A DNA stretch of 18,265 bases from a virus (IMGVR_UViG_2541047922_000008); one strand, 5' to 3'; numbered from the stretch's first letter, positions 1 through 9,030 are shown. Notes: generated from the letters alone by a model not told the origin. Numbers and translations: made by a program.

Positions 1-425
1 TTACCCAACGCAATTAAGTGCGTCAGAATCGATTACAGCGCGTTCCTGTGGCACGTTGTTGCCGTTCTCAGCAGTGAAAGGAGAGCGTGAAAAACGCATA
101 TCTATTACTGTTGAGGGGGGGGGGTAGCGGCATATATCGCGCATATCCACGCCGTTAATCCCGATACCGTCACGGCGCATTGAGATCCACCAGAAGATTA
201 AGATAGTTTACCTGAAATTATCCAAATAATTGTTTTAACTGATTAATTTTTCGAATATCTATTGTTAGGGAATAAATCATCAGATACACCATAAAACGAC
301 ATCTTTCAGGGTGTAGAAGATGCAAAGCTGGTATTGAAGAAAAGACAAAGAATATGAATGGCTGGCCACACGATGGAAGGATTGTCCATTGAGGGATAAA
401 TCCCCGTGGTACAAGTTTTGGTAAA

Positions 426-445
426 CCCGCGCTGCGGGCTTTTTT
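426..445 (+). terminator. putative rho-independent terminator (plus-strand polarity)
   Basis: Stem CCCGC (426-430), loop GCT, stem GCGGG (434-438), then CTTTTTTG. Stem is short and no plus-strand ORF in the window reads into it. Confidence 0.4.
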
Positions 446-666
446 GTGGACGAAACAAAAGTCAGTGCTACACTCATTGACGCCACATCGAGGTGGCTTA
501 TAGATGGAAATGTCACAATGAAAAAAGCATTTGCTGCACTGTTCTCTGGTGGCTTCAACTCAGGCCTTTGCCGGTCGTTGTCAGCACGACAGCGATACTG
601 CCGCTGACGGCTCCCGCTGCGGTGGGCGTTCTGCTGATTCCCGCCCGGGCGGCGGTGGCATTCGTT

Positions 667-691
667 AAAAACAAGGCCGCGAAAGCGGCCT
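667..691 (-). terminator. intrinsic terminator ending the giant-protein operon
   Basis: AGGCCGC-GAAA-GCGGCCT hairpin (674-691) with a GNRA loop, followed on the minus strand by TGTTTTT (667-673). Sits immediately 3' of the 104-aa gene stop at 700-702. Confidence 0.6.
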
Positions 692-699
692 GTGACATG

Positions 700-1014
700 T
701 CACGATAGTTCCGTTTTGTTGAATTCAATTATATCAAGGTCAGAACTTTCGTAATCCTTACCGAATAAAGCAAAACATATCGCGTCAAGTTCTCTCTTAT
801 GTTTGGACGCCCGATCATAATTACCACCCCAACAGCAAATGAATCCACCAAGTACTGCTGATTCAAAAAGTAATGATGCTGCATCAATATGTCTGAACCA
901 GGAGTCTATAAGTAAAGCAGAGAGTGATATTAATGTTCCCCACCCGCCAATCCTTCTCCATTTCTCAGCTTCATATTTAAGAGAAGCAATATATTCAATT
1001 TTATCTCTCGTCAT
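700..1014 (-). CDS. small membrane protein (104 aa, two predicted hydrophobic helices), last gene of the cargo operon
   Basis: ORF with ATG overlapping the upstream stop (TGATG at 1012-1016). Hydrophobic stretches WGTLISLSALLIDSWF and ASLLFESAVLGGFICCWGG. About 35% GC, versus about 50% for the neighbouring genes. Confidence 0.6.
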   Translation of the reverse strand: MTRDKIEYIASLKYEAEKWRRIGGWGTLISLSALLIDSWFRHIDAASLLFESAVLGGFICCWGGNYDRASKHKRELDAICFALFGKDYESSDLDIIEFNKTELS

Positions 1015-3770
1015 CAGTTCCCCACCGCCTTTCCAAAATCCGGTGCTCTACGTGGCGCAATAGCACCCGGTTCCCACCAACTCGTTATGTCGAACTCCCG
1101 TTGCGAGCGGTCCCTTACTCGATCATTGTAACCAGGGTTTGCCATCTCCTGAAGTTGTTGCAATATCAGGTGATTGGTTATCGCTTTCGCATACCACAGG
1201 TTTGCGAATGGGGTGATCATGCGGGCTGTTTTCAGTGCATCGGCACCGAATGATGTTTCTTCACCCTGTAGAGCCTTCTGTGGGTTAGTAATCAGTAATT
1301 TTGTTAACTGCTCTGCAAAGCTCAACACAGGGCCCCCCATAGTGGCACCGATGCTGGAGCCATATTGCGTATGGTCCTGGAAAATAAAATCACCGTAGAT
1401 ACCGAACGAACCACCTTTCAGTAAAGCCTGAACCCATGTGGTTGGTTTTGTCATATCCAGCGGATCATTACCATTTAACAAACTGTTCATCTGGATCGCA
1501 AACATACCAGCAAGAGTTGTTCCCCCGATATATGAGGCCAGAAATTTAATGGCCGGAACGGTGTCCAAATCCCGTGTTCTGTTAACAAGTTGCCGAAATC
1601 CAGCAAATGGGGTTGTTTTGAAGAGCATGAAGCTCTTCATTAACTCGCCAGCATCATCACGGGCATATGTATCAATACCCGTAGCGGTGGTCACAGCATT
1701 GGTCATCTCACCGTGCGTAATTCCCAGCAATTTCTGGGCTGCTTCAGCGCGTGCATTACGAATCATGCGCGTGATGGTCTGCTCAGCCTCAGCGTCGAAT
1801 GCTTCTTTCATCCGTTTCAGGCGTTCTGGAGGGAGATCTCCAAGGGCTGCCAGTGCCTTTTCACTCCCGGCACGAATCCGGGTAATACGGTCTGCCATAA
1901 TGTCGGCTATTACGTTATCGGGCACAGCGTAAATCGCGTCTGGCGTCATCCCCATATGCCCGGCAGTAGTCATCGGCCTGAGTTCTGCCGCTGCCATGAT
2001 GGCCCAGTCCTCATTGCTCCATCCCTTGTTAGCCAGAATGGTTTTATCGGTTCCTTTCATATCGTCCAGCGTCTTAAATTTTCTGGTCAGCTCGCCAATG
2101 TTTTTGTACATCAGGAGACCAAACGACGCTTTGTTTGCGCGGTCCATAGCGATCAGCCCGGACCACTTCAGTGTCTTCTCTGCGAACCAGCCAGTTATGC
2201 CGCGAGACAAGTCAAACCCGCCCATTTTCGAAACCACAGCAGCATGTGAATCCACCAGCAGACCGAGTTCAGCATTCGCCTTTTTGGCATCTCCACTAAA
2301 CAGGTTTTTGATAGTGTTAACGGAAAGCCGCATTCCACCACGGGTAAAGCCCAGCGCCTGCGCATTTGCCCGCATAATTGCCTGGTCGCTGGTTGCTGTC
2401 AGTACGCTGGTGCCAAGCATGGCGCTGGTCATCAGGTTACGCAGACCACCAACTGCTGAAGAGAACACACTCGATGAAGCGACACCATTTAGGCCAGCCA
2501 TTGAGTTGAACATACGGGCAACTAATTTGGCCTCATCCTCCATTTCTTTTTTGCGTTTCCCGCCTGTTACTGCGCGCTTATAGATGCGATCCAGTACCAG
2601 GGAAAAGTTTCTTTCGGCGTCCGGACCAAAGGCTTTAACGACGCCCAAATCCCTGGATGATGATTGCAGGTGCGACATCATCACCCCCACCAGCGGCTGC
2701 TGAGTGTATCGCTCCATATAGGCGAAGTGTGACTGCGCATCCTTGAACGCCATCACCCTGTGCTGAGAACCACGGCTCTTTATTCCTCCGGCTCCCATAA
2801 ATGTACCAGGCTCAATTTTGTTTGCCCCATCAGTGGCCTTCGTTTCAAAGATCGCTTCCAGTGCCTGACGGTACTCGACGTCATTCATAATGCTGCCGTC
2901 AGGATTAACGTAATTGCTGCGATCCTGCGTGTTGTAAGCGTCATCAACCCATTTCTGGCGGGCAAACTCAATCGGTGGCTGGCGACCTGAAAGACGTGCT
3001 GTAGCTTGCTCTGCCACTGGTAACGATGCCAGCCATTCTTCGCGCCCGGCATTGCGAATAAGGTCAGCATCATCCACATATGGCGTATGCCAGTCTTCTC
3101 GCAGGCCTATGTCAAAGCCATTGTCGTTCATCTCATGACGAACACGGCCTGTTACATCCTTCCAAATCTGTGCAATTTTCTTCGCCAGGGGATTCCCGGT
3201 ATCTTCGCCATATATTTCTTTCAGGATCTGGAGTTGTGCAGACTTTGCCGCCTGCCTGTCGAATACACTCCGAAACCGCTGCTCTCCAAGCGCCCTGCTC
3301 TGCTCGAAGAATTTGCGGACGTCATCACCTGCTTTTAGAAGTTCAGCACTGAGCTGACGGGACCAGTCCTGATATGCCCCAATTGCAAGCTCTTCAGCAG
3401 AAGTAACGGAGATATCAGCTTTGTCTCTCGATCGTCGGCCAGCAAAAATAAACTGCTGCAAATTAACAGGTGTCTGCTGATCAGGCGGGATGTTAGCATC
3501 GAGAGTGTCAGTAATTTTACTGATGGCGATCGCATTCTGGGCAACACGCTGTCTTTTCTTGTACACATCATGAACCACACGCTGGCGAACCAGTTCTGCA
3601 GCATCCATGTATGTTTGAGCATCAGGAATACCACTTTTGCCTTCCATTGCATTCTTTCTGTGCACTTGCCGCACAGCTTCTTTGATACGATCTTCGATAT
3701 TTTTCAGCTCATCAGCCTTTGGCTGGCGACCAAGTGTCTGCGCAATAGCTTCAACACATGCCTGTTTCAT
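1014..3770 (-). CDS. giant protein C (about 918 aa), unknown function, Gly/Ser/Ala-rich hydrophobic central region, no P-loop
   Basis: Long ORF. The ORF track starts at a GTG at 3791; I prefer the ATG at 3770, which overlaps the stop of protein B as TAATG (3768-3772), the same junction as between A and B. No Walker A motif seen. Confidence 0.85.
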   Translation of the reverse strand: MKQACVEAIAQTLGRQPKADELKNIEDRIKEAVRQVHRKNAMEGKSGIPDAQTYMDAAELVRQRVVHDVYKKRQRVAQNAIAISKITDTLDANIPPDQQTPVNLQQFIFAGRRSRDKADISVTSAEELAIGAYQDWSRQLSAELLKAGDDVRKFFEQSRALGEQRFRSVFDRQAAKSAQLQILKEIYGEDTGNPLAKKIAQIWKDVTGRVRHEMNDNGFDIGLREDWHTPYVDDADLIRNAGREEWLASLPVAEQATARLSGRQPPIEFARQKWVDDAYNTQDRSNYVNPDGSIMNDVEYRQALEAIFETKATDGANKIEPGTFMGAGGIKSRGSQHRVMAFKDAQSHFAYMERYTQQPLVGVMMSHLQSSSRDLGVVKAFGPDAERNFSLVLDRIYKRAVTGGKRKKEMEDEAKLVARMFNSMAGLNGVASSSVFSSAVGGLRNLMTSAMLGTSVLTATSDQAIMRANAQALGFTRGGMRLSVNTIKNLFSGDAKKANAELGLLVDSHAAVVSKMGGFDLSRGITGWFAEKTLKWSGLIAMDRANKASFGLLMYKNIGELTRKFKTLDDMKGTDKTILANKGWSNEDWAIMAAAELRPMTTAGHMGMTPDAIYAVPDNVIADIMADRITRIRAGSEKALAALGDLPPERLKRMKEAFDAEAEQTITRMIRNARAEAAQKLLGITHGEMTNAVTTATGIDTYARDDAGELMKSFMLFKTTPFAGFRQLVNRTRDLDTVPAIKFLASYIGGTTLAGMFAIQMNSLLNGNDPLDMTKPTTWVQALLKGGSFGIYGDFIFQDHTQYGSSIGATMGGPVLSFAEQLTKLLITNPQKALQGEETSFGADALKTARMITPFANLWYAKAITNHLILQQLQEMANPGYNDRVRDRSQREFDITSWWEPGAIAPRRAPDFGKAVGN

Positions 3771-5830
3771 TATGGGTTCCTCAAGAAGCACGCTGCCGCT
3801 ACAGAATAAACCTTCGATTCGTTCTGGACTGTCTTAATCTGTTCATCCAACTCAGCCAGGAGATCAGAAAGTTTTGTCGGGTTTCCGGTTTCCGGGTGAG
3901 CTATAGTCAGCTCAGGATTGGCAACAGCCATGTCCCTAGCAGCCATAAGGTCATAGCTGTTGGATGAGAGAACCTGCCCTGTATCTGGATCAACGCTGAC
4001 GTCCCCTCTGTGTTCACCAGCCGATGAGAAAGCACTTTCAGCACGAGGGACAGGCGATTCACTAATTGGCTCTGATGATGTTTCATATCTGACACCATTT
4101 TCTTCAAAAACCTTTTGTATTTCATGGTATTGCTCTTGGTAAGTATCAGATATATCTGATCGCAATGGACCATCAAGCCCTCGCGCCATCCCCCCAACAT
4201 TTACAGGCTGACCATCATTAAGTTGCCTGTATGCTTCATCCATGGCGTCAACATGGCTGTTGATGCTCTCATTGCTGGTGTGAAGCACTGGTGACGATTC
4301 AATATCGTAATGAAGCCCCTCATTCAAAATGTGGGCTGCATCAATATCGCTTGGTTTTATTCTTTCCCTCGCCCGGATACCAAAAACTTTTTCTACTGCG
4401 GCTTCCAGTTTCATATTGCGAAGACGCATACTTACGAGTAACCGTAACTGCTCAGGTGTAACGGTTCCAACCTGAATACCACTGTATCTGAATATATAGG
4501 CTTTAAAACCTGAAATAATTTTTTCCCATGATGAAACGCTTGTCTTTAGAGATGGATTTACTGCATGTGCGGCAACTTCTTCAGCGTACAACCACTCAGG
4601 ATATGTTTCAGGGTACTCACCCCTTTTCTTATATTCATAATATTGTGACATCCCATATGCAAATTCAGGATAGTCAGAATGCTTGTTTGCAGATTTAAGT
4701 ACAGCATTAGCTAGCTTTCTGGCCTTCCAGTCAGGGTAATGGCGCTGCTCAAGATGAAGCGCCTCGTGATGAAGGGTTTCTAACAGTTCTTCATGGTCTT
4801 TTAATCCATTAATATTTATTCTTATTATTGGTTCTTTTCCAGAAGCTACTGTCACATGACCTTTATTCAGAAGTATTTCTCCATCACTATTTTTTATTGC
4901 TGGTTCATTAATAAGTTCTATTACTCCTGAATCAGATAAATCACGAACCATTGACTCAATGTTACCATCAGGAGATTGCTGATAATGTTCACCAAAAGTT
5001 GATTTTATTTCTTCTGCAGAAATGTTCGACTCTGTACCATCATGGTTATTATGGGTAGTCAGGTGATGAACGCCACCAAAGACCCCGCCTAAAACGGCAT
5101 CGACTAACATCGCCTGACCGTCAAATACCCGGTACTGTTTTGCCATCTCCGTGTAGCCTTTTTCCTCCAGTGTTGCGCCGACAGAGTAACGGTTCAGTCC
5201 ACCGAATCCGGTGTTGATTGCCACACCTGAGGCAATGCGCGTTGCCAGTGTGGTGCCGACGGCAGCGGGTAAGGCCATACCCACAGCATTGAAAAGGCTT
5301 TGCTGCGTTGCCAGGTTACGCGCCGTAGCCTCGTCTACTCCCTTCCCTTTAAAATCCTGATAGGACTGCTCATACGTAGAACTGAAAGCTGTAGCAGCGC
5401 CGATGAGGGGACCGCCAAACATAGTTGTTCCGATTGCAGGAACAAATTTACCAAGCTCATTTAATACCTCAGCCGCCATTCCCTGACTGCCTGCATCAGG
5501 CTTCACATAGCTGCGGGCATCCTGTAACTGTTTTCCGATCGTGTCGTATGTATCATTCAGTGTTTTGTCAGCATCAGGGAACATCTCCCGAAAAATATTA
5601 ACAGTCGGTGCCACGTCTGCGGTAAATGCCGGATCGCTAATCAGGCGCTTGCTGAATCCGACGGCAGACTGCGCGAGACCGAGAGTCCCCTCCGCCACGC
5701 CGCTCAAAAGTGCAGTACCTGAACCCTGGAAGGGAGTCGGATCGTAGTCTTCTGGCCTTGCTGGGTTGGCAACTGTTTTGTCGTCAATCCATGCCTGACC
5801 TTCTGGAGCCAAAGAAAAAACATCAGACAT
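3770..5830 (-). CDS. giant protein B (686 aa), N-terminal glycine-rich hydrophobic segments plus a single HExxH zincin-type motif
   Basis: Long ORF whose ATG overlaps the stop of protein A (TAATG at 5828-5832). HHEALHLEQ at residues 354-362 (nt 4745-4771). GxxxG-rich hydrophobic stretches across residues about 120-260. No P-loop. Confidence 0.85.
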   Translation of the reverse strand: MSDVFSLAPEGQAWIDDKTVANPARPEDYDPTPFQGSGTALLSGVAEGTLGLAQSAVGFSKRLISDPAFTADVAPTVNIFREMFPDADKTLNDTYDTIGKQLQDARSYVKPDAGSQGMAAEVLNELGKFVPAIGTTMFGGPLIGAATAFSSTYEQSYQDFKGKGVDEATARNLATQQSLFNAVGMALPAAVGTTLATRIASGVAINTGFGGLNRYSVGATLEEKGYTEMAKQYRVFDGQAMLVDAVLGGVFGGVHHLTTHNNHDGTESNISAEEIKSTFGEHYQQSPDGNIESMVRDLSDSGVIELINEPAIKNSDGEILLNKGHVTVASGKEPIIRININGLKDHEELLETLHHEALHLEQRHYPDWKARKLANAVLKSANKHSDYPEFAYGMSQYYEYKKRGEYPETYPEWLYAEEVAAHAVNPSLKTSVSSWEKIISGFKAYIFRYSGIQVGTVTPEQLRLLVSMRLRNMKLEAAVEKVFGIRARERIKPSDIDAAHILNEGLHYDIESSPVLHTSNESINSHVDAMDEAYRQLNDGQPVNVGGMARGLDGPLRSDISDTYQEQYHEIQKVFEENGVRYETSSEPISESPVPRAESAFSSAGEHRGDVSVDPDTGQVLSSNSYDLMAARDMAVANPELTIAHPETGNPTKLSDLLAELDEQIKTVQNESKVYSVAAACFLRNP

Positions 5831-8361
5831 TATTCAACCCTCACGACAATAGCTTCATTGGTTCTGGGATCTGTTGCCCAGCGTCCGCTACCATTTACCA
5901 GCCGATACCGGTTATTGCCGATATTAACTGGTGTGAAGTTTGACACTGCATTTACGTTAAGTCCGGCTTCTTTCAGTGCTTGTTTCGCAGATGTGGTATA
6001 GCGATCTTTGAAAGTAGATTTATCCATGCCGAAAGGCATTACAACGTCGCCGCCATTAAAATCCTTGTATATACCGCCAGTAGCATACTTCACGGCATCA
6101 GCAACAGTGTCTGTATCAGGCATACTGGTTCTTACCGTAGATGCATCACCTGATTGATAAGCTATTCCTGCGTAAGCGGCTTTGAAAAGGCTATAACTGA
6201 TCTGACGTAACTGCGGGTTACGGGCAAATGCGTTACCTACCTGTTTGTCGAAAGCGTCTTTCATCTTATCTTCGCTCGGCAACTGTACCGGAGTTATGCC
6301 CGCATTCTTCATGGCCTTCGTCGGATTCAGTAGTTGGTCACCGGAAAGAATAACCTTTGCAACGTCGTACTTGTTCATCGTCGGCTTATACCCGATGAAC
6401 TGACTATATGGGATCGACGGTCTGGTGTTATCGTACTGATTATCCGGCGTGCCCAGCAGCAGCGCAGAATAGGCTGTTGCCGCACTGTTCGGAGCAATTA
6501 CAGATGCCACCTGCCGTATTGCTGGCGCAGGCAGCTTCTCCCCCATGCTCTGCAACAGTTTAATTGTCTGGTCAACGTTCTGAGTGCCGCGCACCTGCTG
6601 TGCCAGCGCAGCCGCCTCTTCACTGTTGAGGATTGGGGCATTAATTCCCAACGCGCGTAAGCTTTCCTGCGACGAGAAACGGTTAGCCACCTCGGCAGTG
6701 ATGTCGTCAGGGTTGTTGCTGGTGATCGGCTTATAGGCTCCGATTTCCACCGCTGCACTAAACGGATTATTCTGCCTCTGGGTTATTACCTTCGTGGCTG
6801 CCGCCGATACCCGGTCGAATAACTCCGCACGAGACGCATACCCCTCCCCTGTCTCACCAGTATCCGGGCGTAATTGCTCAACATATGCGGTAATGCTGCT
6901 TGTCGGCATGTTGCGGAAAGAGCCTATATACTGTCCGGCGATCTGCAAATTTCTGAACTCGGTATATCGCAGGTTTCCTTCTCTGACACCATAAGCAGCA
7001 ATGAACTCACCCTCACCAGGCGGGTTAGGAAATTCAACGCCACGCATATACGCAGCCGTTGCATCGCGAACCCGGCTTTCGAGCATCGTTCTATATTCAG
7101 CCTGCTGCTGTCTGGCTAATGCATCCGTCTGTCGCAACACGCTGGCCTGATCTGATTCACTTAAAGCATCGAACCAAGCTACACCGGTATAACGTTTATT
7201 TTTTGTCGGTAGCTGAGAAAGCCCCAGTGCGGCACTAACGCCAGCGGCCAATTGCTGATCACTGTACGGCTGACTGCCTTGCTCATGATGAATAATTGCT
7301 TTGCACAGAGATTTCAGTGTGTCAGGATTTGATGCGTCAAGCGGCTGGTCAGGAGTTACACCGAGCTGAGCACATACTGCCCGTATATAAGCATCAGTTT
7401 TATTATCATCACTGGCCGGTGCCCAGCGATTAATTATTTCGCTGATGGTGTCATAACCCTGACGCTGATACGACAGCAAATTGCGACCAAGCGCGCGAAT
7501 ACCGTGTTCAGGGGTTTCGAATTTGGCAAAGCGACCATCATCACCAGTCTGCCCAACCCACGGATTAGTTTTGCTGTATTCAAGATTGCCGGGGTTATTG
7601 TTGCGTATACCGCGGGTACGATCGGAAGAGCCACTATCTGCTACAGCACGGCGAGATCCAGCAGCAGTATCGCTTAACTCGCCGTTTTGCTGTCTTACCT
7701 GAAGATAGTTTGCTCCAATAGCATTTTGAGCAGTTGCTTTTGCTGTTGCTTCTTTAAACTCGATTTTCTTGGCCTGGATTTGCTCGTCGCTCCAGCCATG
7801 CGCAATACCGTAATCCTCAATTTGCTGGAAAGTTTGCGTATTAGCCAATATGTATGCTGCGTTGTCGCCATATAATGCTGAGGCATTTTTACCATTATTC
7901 AGCAGTGTCGCCTGAAACTGGCCTTCTTCGTAGGCATTTATTTGCCCTATCTCGTACCTCCCGGCCTGCGTAGCGAACTGAATACGCTGCTGCTGCGCCT
8001 GCTGCATGAAAGCATTACGAGCCTGTTCATCCGGCAGCGACATAGCCAGTTGTTCGATCTGAGCATCAAACTGCTGTGTATACTCATGGCCTTTTCCAAT
8101 AGCATTTTTCCCTTTCAGGTTAAGCAATCCTGTTTCAGGATTATTCAGCAGATCACTGCCTGTCTGACTGAGTTTAAGGGATGCCTCCTGAACCAAGGCA
8201 ATATTGGCGCGCTGTTTTGCCTGACCAAGAACATCAATTGCCTCTGTCCCTGCCCGAACAAAAGCATCACCAATACCTGGCTGAGAAAACGTCTGCAAGC
8301 CTGCTGACTGAACTCCACGGCTCTCAACCTGGCGTCCGGATACTGTTGGTACGACTGGCAT
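5830..8361 (-). CDS. giant protein A (843 aa), Q/A/N-rich, unknown function
   Basis: Long ORF with ATG at 8361 preceded by an AGGGGG Shine-Dalgarno. Sharply defined block TRGIRNNNPGNLEYSKTNPWVGQTGDDGRFAKFETPEHGIRALGRNLLSYQ at residues 248-299. No P-loop. Confidence 0.85.
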   Translation of the reverse strand: MPVVPTVSGRQVESRGVQSAGLQTFSQPGIGDAFVRAGTEAIDVLGQAKQRANIALVQEASLKLSQTGSDLLNNPETGLLNLKGKNAIGKGHEYTQQFDAQIEQLAMSLPDEQARNAFMQQAQQQRIQFATQAGRYEIGQINAYEEGQFQATLLNNGKNASALYGDNAAYILANTQTFQQIEDYGIAHGWSDEQIQAKKIEFKEATAKATAQNAIGANYLQVRQQNGELSDTAAGSRRAVADSGSSDRTRGIRNNNPGNLEYSKTNPWVGQTGDDGRFAKFETPEHGIRALGRNLLSYQRQGYDTISEIINRWAPASDDNKTDAYIRAVCAQLGVTPDQPLDASNPDTLKSLCKAIIHHEQGSQPYSDQQLAAGVSAALGLSQLPTKNKRYTGVAWFDALSESDQASVLRQTDALARQQQAEYRTMLESRVRDATAAYMRGVEFPNPPGEGEFIAAYGVREGNLRYTEFRNLQIAGQYIGSFRNMPTSSITAYVEQLRPDTGETGEGYASRAELFDRVSAAATKVITQRQNNPFSAAVEIGAYKPITSNNPDDITAEVANRFSSQESLRALGINAPILNSEEAAALAQQVRGTQNVDQTIKLLQSMGEKLPAPAIRQVASVIAPNSAATAYSALLLGTPDNQYDNTRPSIPYSQFIGYKPTMNKYDVAKVILSGDQLLNPTKAMKNAGITPVQLPSEDKMKDAFDKQVGNAFARNPQLRQISYSLFKAAYAGIAYQSGDASTVRTSMPDTDTVADAVKYATGGIYKDFNGGDVVMPFGMDKSTFKDRYTTSAKQALKEAGLNVNAVSNFTPVNIGNNRYRLVNGSGRWATDPRTNEAIVVRVE

Positions 8362-8457
8362 CAGTAACCCCCTGTTTTGAATCGTGTACCAGAATTCATA
8401 AAACCTGATTTAAATAACATTGGCGTCCCTCCGCTTTGATGCTGTACCAGCGATTCA

Positions 8458-8664
8458 TTACTCACCCCCCGATGCAAAACCATTCTGATTAAGCCAGGCG
8501 TTTACGGCATGTCTGACAATCTGCGCCACGCCTGGTAATGGCTGATCAGGGTGATTGTTCACATGGTCGATTCTGTACTGCTTAAGGCGCATCACGGTCT
8601 GTGCATCCAGATGAACGGAACCACCTCTGACATCGCCTGTGTTCAGGTCGTTAATACAATTCAC
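8458..8664 (-). CDS. small protein (68 aa), likely first gene of the giant-protein operon
   Basis: GTG start at 8664 directly after an in-frame TAA, preceded by AAGAGGAA. Lies downstream of an AT-rich putative promoter region (8665-8763) and 96 nt upstream of protein A. Confidence 0.45.
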   Translation of the reverse strand: MNCINDLNTGDVRGGSVHLDAQTVMRLKQYRIDHVNNHPDQPLPGVAQIVRHAVNAWLNQNGFASGGE

Positions 8665-8766
8665 AGTAATTTCCTCTTACTGACTAAACTATGCACATTA
8701 TTGATCGAAAAAAGTGGTAGATAAATATATTTCTATCATAAAAACAGATTGATTGAGTTCAGATCC

Positions 8767-8789
8767 AAAAAAAGCCGGATTGCTCCGGC
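8767..8789 (-). terminator. intrinsic terminator separating the replication module from the cargo operon
   Basis: GCCGGA-GCAA-TCCGGC hairpin (8774-8789) followed on the minus strand by seven T (8767-8773). Not followed by a T-run on the plus strand. Confidence 0.6.
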
Positions 8790-9030
8790 TCTGTGCTTAC
8801 TTCTGGTAGTTACGCCATACTGATTTCCCGATCCCATCTATCCCCATTTCTTTTTCAGTGCGTTTAAGCGACCGTTTCAGGTCTTCTAAATTATCCGGTT
8901 GCTTTGGTGGCCTCTGTGCCTTGCTGGAACATTCCAGTCGTCGCATTGATATGCAATACCGTTCCTTGTCAGTACCCCAACTGCATTACTTCACCCCATC
9001 GCGCCGCCGCTCTTCGGTACAGGGTTTTAG

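Noticed and set aside
1-127. Plus-strand ORF fragments entering from the left edge (stops at 88-90 or 125-127)
   Set aside because: Truncated by the window and without recognisable motifs. They cannot be distinguished from chance open frames.
361-386. Possible tRNA 3'-end (attR-like) fragment, TGGCCACACGATGGAAGGATTGTCC on the reverse strand
   Set aside because: The putative T-stem halves are not complementary and the T-loop does not match the TTCRAAT consensus. attR cannot be assigned without the target tRNA, which lies outside the window.
493-708. 71-aa plus-strand ORF, and the overlapping 92-aa minus-strand ORF at 280-558
   Set aside because: The plus ORF spans the minus-strand terminator hairpin (674-691) and the stop of the 104-aa gene, and all three plus frames are open here. 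A short signal-peptide-like frame (MKKAFAALFSGG..., ATG at 518) stops after 29 codons. The minus ORF spans the plus-strand terminator. No convincing start context for either; treated as non-coding.
1174-8307. Numerous plus-strand ORFs of 60-195 aa inside the giant genes (for example 1713-2249, 1996-2583, 6334-6660, 7942-8307)
   Set aside because: They are antisense shadows of long, well-supported minus-strand ORFs, with no independent start signals.
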